A DNA stretch of 64,000 nucleotides from positions 27,642-91,641 of the forward strand of contig CAZNZD010000002.1 of NCBI GenBank assembly GCA_964577435.1, read 5' to 3'. Source of the stretch: an uncultured Clostridia bacterium (GTDB taxonomy: Bacteria > Bacillota > DTU025 > MWDF01). The notes beneath the pieces were generated by a model that was given only the letters and a program-made list of their open reading frames with translations, did no database searches and had not been told where the DNA came from. This document shows, piece after piece, positions 58,865 to 64,000 of the stretch (positions are counted from its first letter, which is position 1; each line of letters begins with the position of its first letter). A program made the position numbers and the translations under genes.

Positions 58865-60667
58865 TTACGGCCGCTTGATCATTCCTCCGGGCGGCATCAT
58901 CTGCTCTCCGGGCCTGCCTCCAGGGCCCATCGGCTGGGTTATCGCCCCTGTCTCCGACATATATGTGGTCATTGATGACAGTGTGATCTTCACAAGCTCC
59001 TTCGCACCTGAATACAGGGTGTAGGCTGACCCCACCTTAAGAAGGGGGGAGGAGATGGCAACCGAGGAGTACTGCTTGCTCGGGGTGAACTCCACTATCT
59101 TGCTGCCGCTTGCGTCCTTGAGCACTATCGCCGTGCCGGCGGCCTGCATGCCCGCGTAGTACATCAGCACGGATGGCTGCGATGAGGAGGAGCCGGGAGC
59201 CTGTGCCATCCCTGAGCTGCCGGAAGCCACCAGGGTACCTCCGCTTATAGCGAAGCTTGACTGGTAATCCAGGCTTCCGTTGTTGTTCACCGTGGGCCCG
59301 TCGACGAAGACCGTGCCTCCTGTCATCGCGATGCTGCCGTTGGAATCCAGCCCGTCGCCCCCGGCAACGATTTTCAGCTTGCCTCCGTTTATTATCAGCT
59401 TGCCTCCGTTAACGTTCACATTGAAGCCGTCATCTGTGGAATTGACATAGGCGCTGCCCTTGTTGATCGTTATTGTAGCCCCCTCCAGGCCCTCATATGA
59501 GTTGTCGATGGCAAGCTCCCCGCCGTTTACCGTAAGGCTGTTCTCCGCGTGCGCGCCGTCGTCTCCGCTCCTGGCATTTATGGTACCGCCGTTTATCTCC
59601 ATATCGTAATTGCTGTGCATGCTGTCGTCATAGGACGATAGGGAGATCTTTCCGCCGTTTATGACCAGCTTCTTCTCCGCCTTGATTCCCTTCATGCTCT
59701 CGTCCGTTTCAGTAGCGGCAGAAGCTGCAGCCGGCATCTTGGGTCCGAAGGCCTCGTTGCCGGAGCTGATGCTCTTTCCTGGATATCCGCCCCCTGTGGT
59801 GATATTGAAGTCCCCGCCTTCTATCTGAAGAAGGCTGTACGCCTGGATGCCGTCGCCTCCGGCCTTGATCGTGAAAGTGCCTCCATGGATTATGACGTTT
59901 CCCTTGCCCTCATCCTCGTCATTGGTGGCGCGGATTCCGTCCTTGCCCGCGTTTATCGTGAAGCTCCCCCCCGCGATGCTTACCCCGTCCTTTCCGACTA
60001 TGCCATCGGAGACGGCGTCTACCGTTATGGTCCCCGATGTTATCTTAAGGTCATCCTTGCTTGTTATACCGTCGTTGAAGCCGGCGTCCACAGCAAGCTT
60101 GCCGTTTCCCGTGATGGTCAGGTCCGCCTTGCTGTAGATGGCGGCTGTTGGCTCCTCGTTGGCGTTCTGGACAACTTCGCTGCCGCCCGTCACTGAGTTT
60201 GACGTGCCGTCCGCAAGCAGGATGACCACTTTCTTGCCCTCGTAAACCCATATCGGGGCGCTCGCCTTGGAAGTTATCTGCGCGTTGTTCAGGACCAGGT
60301 ATATGACTCCGGTGTCCTTCTTCTTGTCCACGTTCACAGTGATGCTGCCGTCTGCGAGCTTTCCGCTTATCACATATATGCCCGAGGCTGTTATGCTTAC
60401 CGTGCTTCCGCTTGCCGTGACCCCAGTTCCCTTGACCTCGACGGAGCTTCCGTTCAGCGCTATGGTCTTCGTTACAGCGCCCTTCCAGTCGATTGCGTAG
60501 TCGTTCGCCGCGTAGACGTCCGATGCTTTTATGGGGGCCGTCTGAGCCACCGCCGCCGCTTCGGAGAGCCCGGCCGCCGCCACAGGTTCAAGGCTTGCGA
60601 TTATCGCCCCTGTCGCCATTATCGCCGCTGCCATTATCGCGAGAACCATCCTTCTTCTGCTGTCCAT
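58865..60667 (-). CDS. Secreted right-handed beta-helix protein of the Cthe_2159-like carbohydrate/Ca-binding family with a Pro/Gly/Met-rich C-terminal tail
   Basis: Signal peptide. The motif I.GG.F.I.AG.DGI recurs about 12 times. The tail reads PMGPGGRPGEQMMPPGGMIKRP. Confidence 0.55.
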   Translation of the reverse strand: MDSRRRMVLAIMAAAIMATGAIIASLEPVAAAGLSEAAAVAQTAPIKASDVYAANDYAIDWKGAVTKTIALNGSSVEVKGTGVTASGSTVSITASGIYVISGKLADGSITVNVDKKKDTGVIYLVLNNAQITSKASAPIWVYEGKKVVILLADGTSNSVTGGSEVVQNANEEPTAAIYSKADLTITGNGKLAVDAGFNDGITSKDDLKITSGTITVDAVSDGIVGKDGVSIAGGSFTINAGKDGIRATNDEDEGKGNVIIHGGTFTIKAGGDGIQAYSLLQIEGGDFNITTGGGYPGKSISSGNEAFGPKMPAAASAATETDESMKGIKAEKKLVINGGKISLSSYDDSMHSNYDMEINGGTINARSGDDGAHAENSLTVNGGELAIDNSYEGLEGATITINKGSAYVNSTDDGFNVNVNGGKLIINGGKLKIVAGGDGLDSNGSIAMTGGTVFVDGPTVNNNGSLDYQSSFAISGGTLVASGSSGMAQAPGSSSSQPSVLMYYAGMQAAGTAIVLKDASGSKIVEFTPSKQYSSVAISSPLLKVGSAYTLYSGAKELVKITLSSMTTYMSETGAITQPMGPGGRPGEQMMPPGGMIKRP

Positions 60668-60872
60668 GAGATTTCCCCTCTTTCTGTTGAGCCGTGCCTT
60701 AAGGCGACCTGCGCCTTCAACATCATAGTAGGGCAGGATTGTTACAGCCTTGTTACGGGCATGTGAACTATTACTGAAGCGCGGGTGATCCGCAGGAAGA
60801 GGAGCCGCCAGGCGGCGGGGAAAGAGAAAGGCAGCCTCTAGCTGCCTAAAAGCGATATTGCCGCAGCGGCGC

Positions 60873-62033
60873 TCATCCCCTGTCGAAGTTGATGACTGCG
60901 CGCAGGGAGGAGTCGCGCTTCTTAAGGGCGGATGAGAAGGCGGCAGCGACCTCCGACTTCTTCATGGGATACTCGAACGGCATCATCAGGTCGAATATCA
61001 GGTTGCTGTGGGTCTGCCCTCTGACCACCCTGAAGTCGTGGAAGGAGAGCACGGGGTCTATAGATTCGATTATCTGCTGTGTGAGCCTTTTCATCGAGTT
61101 CACATACTCGTCATCTATGATGACTGGGTCGAGGTGTATGACAAGGTTGATATTGTGCTCACGCTTGATGTCGATTTCGATGTTGTCTATCAGGTCATGG
61201 CTTTTCAGGATGTCCACCTTCGCGTCCACTTCCACGTGTACCGAGGCGAAAGTCCTGTTGGGGCCGTAATCGTGCACCAGCAGGTCGTGGATGTTTATCA
61301 CCCCGTCGTATCTCATTATAAAGTCGTGTATCATCCCGGCAAGCTCAATACCTGGCCCCTTGCCGAGCATCCTGTCTACTGTCTCCCTAAGCACCCCGAA
61401 GCCTGTCCTCATGATGGATAGCGCTACAACTACGCCCATGTAGCCGTCCAGCTGGAACTTTATGAGCGGGCTTAAGATCATCGACAGAAGTACCGCCGAG
61501 GTCGCCATTACATCGGAGATGCTGTCGGCCGCGGTGGCCAGCATCATCGTCGAGTCCACTTTCCTGCTCAACGACTTGTTGAAGGTGTACATCCAGTACT
61601 TGGCGATTATTGATACCAGAAGCACGATGGCTGTGACCGTGCTGAAGCTTATTGCGCCCGGCTTCAGGATCTTCTGAACGGATGCCTTGCCGAGCTCTAA
61701 ACCCACCATGAGGATGAGCACTGCGACCAAGGTGGACGCAAGGTATTCGATCCTTGCGTGCCCGTATGGATGGTCCTTGTCCGCAGGCTTCGCCGACATC
61801 CTGAAGCTAAGAAGCGAGATGATCGAGTTACCCGCATCCGACAGGTTGTTCACGGCGTCGGCGGTCACCGAGATGATGCCGAACAGGGTACCCACGGTGA
61901 ACTTGGACGCAAAGAGCATGAGGTTTATCGCGATGCCAACGATGCTTGTCATCTGGCCGTACCTCTGCCGCACCTCCGGCAGGTGGACATCCTCGGGGTT
62001 CTTGATAAAAAGCTTGATAAGGATCTCTTTCAC
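60873..62033 (-). CDS. Cation diffusion facilitator (CDF) family divalent-metal exporter
   Basis: Six TM helices with HxxxD metal sites (ADAVNNLSD, HARIEY) and a C-terminal cytoplasmic domain. GTG start. Confidence 0.8.
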   Translation of the reverse strand: MKEILIKLFIKNPEDVHLPEVRQRYGQMTSIVGIAINLMLFASKFTVGTLFGIISVTADAVNNLSDAGNSIISLLSFRMSAKPADKDHPYGHARIEYLASTLVAVLILMVGLELGKASVQKILKPGAISFSTVTAIVLLVSIIAKYWMYTFNKSLSRKVDSTMMLATAADSISDVMATSAVLLSMILSPLIKFQLDGYMGVVVALSIMRTGFGVLRETVDRMLGKGPGIELAGMIHDFIMRYDGVINIHDLLVHDYGPNRTFASVHVEVDAKVDILKSHDLIDNIEIDIKREHNINLVIHLDPVIIDDEYVNSMKRLTQQIIESIDPVLSFHDFRVVRGQTHSNLIFDLMMPFEYPMKKSEVAAAFSSALKKRDSSLRAVINFDRG

Positions 62034-62163
62034 TTCTCTTGCCTCTTCTTCATGCGCTCCTTAAGGAGAAATCCTTATGCCGTCCATGGAGCTTCCTGGC
62101 GGCACTTCGCTTAGTATCGGTCCGGGGTATTCCAGTCGGGTTCATTTGCGAGGCGCGGGCCCT

Positions 62164-63300
62164 TCAGCTGCTCTCCTGGCCACCTGCAGGCTTTCTGGAG
62201 AACAACCCCTTTATCTCGCGGGCGAGCCCGGCGCTGACGGTCCTTTCGAAAAGCCCGAACACCTCTGAGGCCATCTTCTTCGTGTCCGGCCCCATGTCCT
62301 TGATCACTGCCAGCGAATCGCTTGCCGCCTTCCTCCAATTCTTCCTTACGTCTTGTATCGTCTCGAAGCTGGAGGCGTCGGCTATCTCGAACAGCGCGTC
62401 CACGAACTTCCTGCGCTCGTCGTCGGAGAGCCCGGAAAGCCATGTTCCTATGGTCTTGTCCAGGAACACCGACTGGCTGTTCAGCCCGTCGGTGAACTCG
62501 AGGTCGCCGCCTTTTATCGACCAGGTGAAGGGGTCGTGCTGCAGCAGGCCGACTGCGTTGCTCTTCACCGCCTTGTAGTTGTCGTCGTGCTGAAGCAGTA
62601 TACCGACTACCGAGTGGGTCGGAAGGCTAGTGTGCACCAGGGGTTCTATCTGCTTGTAAGCCTCATCGGAGTAGATGTCCTCCTTGAAGCCCGGCCCGTC
62701 ATGGTTGAAGATTCCGGCGATTCTTCCCCTGATCTTGTCTTCGCAGCGCACCGATGCATAGATCGCGAGGTTTCCTCCCTTGGAGTGTCCTCCGACGAAC
62801 AGCGCGCCGGTATTGGCCTTGCCCGCGGTGTCCAGGTAGGCTGCCGCATCCAGCTGCGCGGGCACCGGGTAGGTGAAGGCCATGTTGAAATCCTCGCGCC
62901 AGCCGGTTAGCGTCGTGTCGGTGCCCCTGAATGCTATGTAGGCCTGCTTCTCCGGCAGGACGAAGGTCACGGCGGCAAACTGCTTATGCTCGCCGTCATC
63001 CACCTCGTTAACAAAGGACTTAAGCTTAAGGGCCCCGAAGCGAGAGCTGTCCAGAACCGCCTGGAGGAGCTTCTCGTTCTTCTCGGGCAGCATGGTGTCC
63101 CGGCACAAAGCCCTTATGCCCTTGTATAGGATCACATCGCGCAGGGACACGGGCTTAGCCTTGTCGCCAGGCCCAGGCACCTCGCCGCCGAAGTCCATGT
63201 ATGAAAGCTGTGACAGAACGAGGCTGTCGGCCTCGCACAGAGGTTTTATGTCGAAGCCTGCACCGGCCGTGCTTTGAGCGTAGTCGATGATGTTCTTCAT
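62164..63300 (-). CDS. DUF2974 / Mbeg1-like alpha/beta hydrolase (lipase class 3-like)
   Basis: FRGTD.TL.GW.EDF...GHSKGGNLA is the signature pattern. Confidence 0.6.
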   Translation of the reverse strand: MKNIIDYAQSTAGAGFDIKPLCEADSLVLSQLSYMDFGGEVPGPGDKAKPVSLRDVILYKGIRALCRDTMLPEKNEKLLQAVLDSSRFGALKLKSFVNEVDDGEHKQFAAVTFVLPEKQAYIAFRGTDTTLTGWREDFNMAFTYPVPAQLDAAAYLDTAGKANTGALFVGGHSKGGNLAIYASVRCEDKIRGRIAGIFNHDGPGFKEDIYSDEAYKQIEPLVHTSLPTHSVVGILLQHDDNYKAVKSNAVGLLQHDPFTWSIKGGDLEFTDGLNSQSVFLDKTIGTWLSGLSDDERRKFVDALFEIADASSFETIQDVRKNWRKAASDSLAVIKDMGPDTKKMASEVFGLFERTVSAGLAREIKGLFSRKPAGGQESS

Positions 63301-63361
63301 GCATGACCTCCAGCTTAGGCGAAGTGGCCCTGCCGCTGCTTAGGCGGTCCGGCTCATGGGA

Positions 63362-63928
63362 TCAGAGTATCGCGGTATGTTCCAGAAGTATCTTTAGGCC
63401 GATTGCTATCAGGACTGCGCCTCCGGCGAATTCCGCGCCCTTTCTGAACCTGGAGCCCACCCTGTGGCCGAGGGCGACTCCGGCGAAGGATATGGCGAAG
63501 GTGATGATGCCGATTATCGCTACTGCCGGCAGTATGGAAACCTTCAGGAAGGCGAAGGTCACTCCTACAGCAAGGGCGTCTATGCTGGTGGCAAGCCCGA
63601 GGCCCAGTAGCTCCTTATAGTCGAGCACGAACCTGCATTGCTCGTCCGAACCGTCCTTCCTTGCCGCCTCGAGGAGCATCTTCCCTCCTATCAAGGCCAG
63701 CAGGATGAAGGCGACCCAGTGGTCGTAGCTGACGATGTATCTTTCGAACTGCTTGCCGAGCGCCCAGCCTATGAGGGGGTTAATGGCCTGGAAGCCTCCG
63801 AAGCATGAGGCTATCAGAAGGGCTCCTCTCGTATCCAGCACGGACATGCCAAGGCCCTTGCACAAGGACACCGCGAAAGCGTCCATGGAAAGGCCTGCTG
63901 CTATAATAAGAAGCTCTGCGTAACCCAT
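63362..63928 (-). CDS. mntP: Manganese efflux pump MntP
   Basis: MGYAELLIIAAGLSMDAFAVSL. The product has two DUF204 repeats with conserved D residues in TM helices. Confidence 0.75.
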   Translation of the reverse strand: MGYAELLIIAAGLSMDAFAVSLCKGLGMSVLDTRGALLIASCFGGFQAINPLIGWALGKQFERYIVSYDHWVAFILLALIGGKMLLEAARKDGSDEQCRFVLDYKELLGLGLATSIDALAVGVTFAFLKVSILPAVAIIGIITFAISFAGVALGHRVGSRFRKGAEFAGGAVLIAIGLKILLEHTAIL

Positions 63929-64000
63929 CCTACCCCCAGGCGGATGTCCGCCAGCGAATCAGTGCAAACCTATGCCCGGCTTGAAGCACCGCTTGAAGCC

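Noticed and set aside
63929-64000. Possible Mn (yybP-ykoY) riboswitch upstream of mntP
   Set aside because: Only 72 nt of leader are available before the window ends, so the conserved four-way junction cannot be evaluated.
1-64000. CRISPR arrays, rRNA, IS elements or transposases
   Set aside because: No regularly spaced direct repeats, no rRNA-like conserved stretches and no transposase or integrase-like ORFs were seen on either strand.

Overview
The window looks like one contiguous bacterial chromosomal segment. Three tRNAs are bacterial-type with encoded CCA, GC is about 58-60%, and AGG/AGA/ATA codons are used heavily. Coding density is high on both strands and the content is dominated by signal transduction and transport. 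I found no transposase, integrase, CRISPR array or rRNA.

Contents in order:
- 1-3.2 kb: a 5'-truncated MFS transporter, a PHP-family phosphatase and a YibE/F membrane protein.
- 3.3-5.6 kb: two tandem paralogous secreted proteins of unknown family. A third paralog lies at 47 kb.
- 5.6-7.4 kb: a minus-strand trio of DUF3006-like small protein, ComEC-type MBL hydrolase with an Ada-like zinc ribbon, and a second DUF3006-like protein.
- 7.4-9.9 kb: a CpsB-type tyrosine phosphatase, a CHASE-PAS sensor with no output domain, then tRNA-Val and tRNA-Glu.
- 10.1-14.5 kb: an Fe3+/thiamine-type ABC importer with binding protein, TOBE-domain ATPase and a fused double permease.
- 15.2-20.3 kb: a CUT2-type ABC importer on the minus strand.
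- 20.4-25.9 kb: a redox and regulator cluster with a zinc-ribbon protein, flavodoxin, deoC, a GNAT, a 4Fe-4S protein, an Isf-like iron-sulfur flavoprotein, TetR and a membrane protein. Palindromic operators sit upstream of the zinc-ribbon gene and of the TetR operon.
- 26.0-27.5 kb: tRNA-Lys next to an SPFH/band-7 protein and an Arc-like repressor.
- 27.7-31.4 kb: a tri-domain HMA / DsbD_2 membrane / cupredoxin protein with an OmpR-type two-component system.
- 31.7-38.0 kb: a CheR methyltransferase translationally coupled to two large hybrid histidine kinases. The first has an MCP-like 4HB-HAMP sensor but no MCP signalling domain.
- 38.0-40.1 kb: a standalone flavodiiron-like (ODP-like) MBL domain protein coupled to a PAS-HD-GYP protein whose GYP motif reads GYG.
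- 40.6-46.8 kb: a histidine kinase, a CheY-like receiver, a REC-TPR protein, two TrkA genes, a 41-aa transmembrane small ORF and TrkH, all chained by 4-20 nt overlaps.
- 48.2-53.0 kb: GNAT, DsrE-like, a nucleotidyltransferase, a 455-bp AT-rich convergent intergenic region, a membrane-anchored hexapeptide transferase and a GPH symporter.
- 53.2-57.9 kb: an HD hydrolase, a 7TM-PAS-GGDEF cyclase, a lipoprotein and an SLH-domain surface protein.
- 57.9-63.9 kb: an MBL hydrolase, a Cthe_2159-like beta-helix secreted protein, a CDF exporter, a DUF2974 hydrolase and MntP.

The candidates I rank highest for novelty are the CheR plus non-MCP hybrid kinase module, the ODP-like / HD-GYG pair, the kinase-to-TrkH overlap chain with its micro-ORF, the three-member secreted family and the HMA-DsbD_2-cupredoxin fusion. 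All functional calls rest on motif recognition by eye. I ran no database searches.
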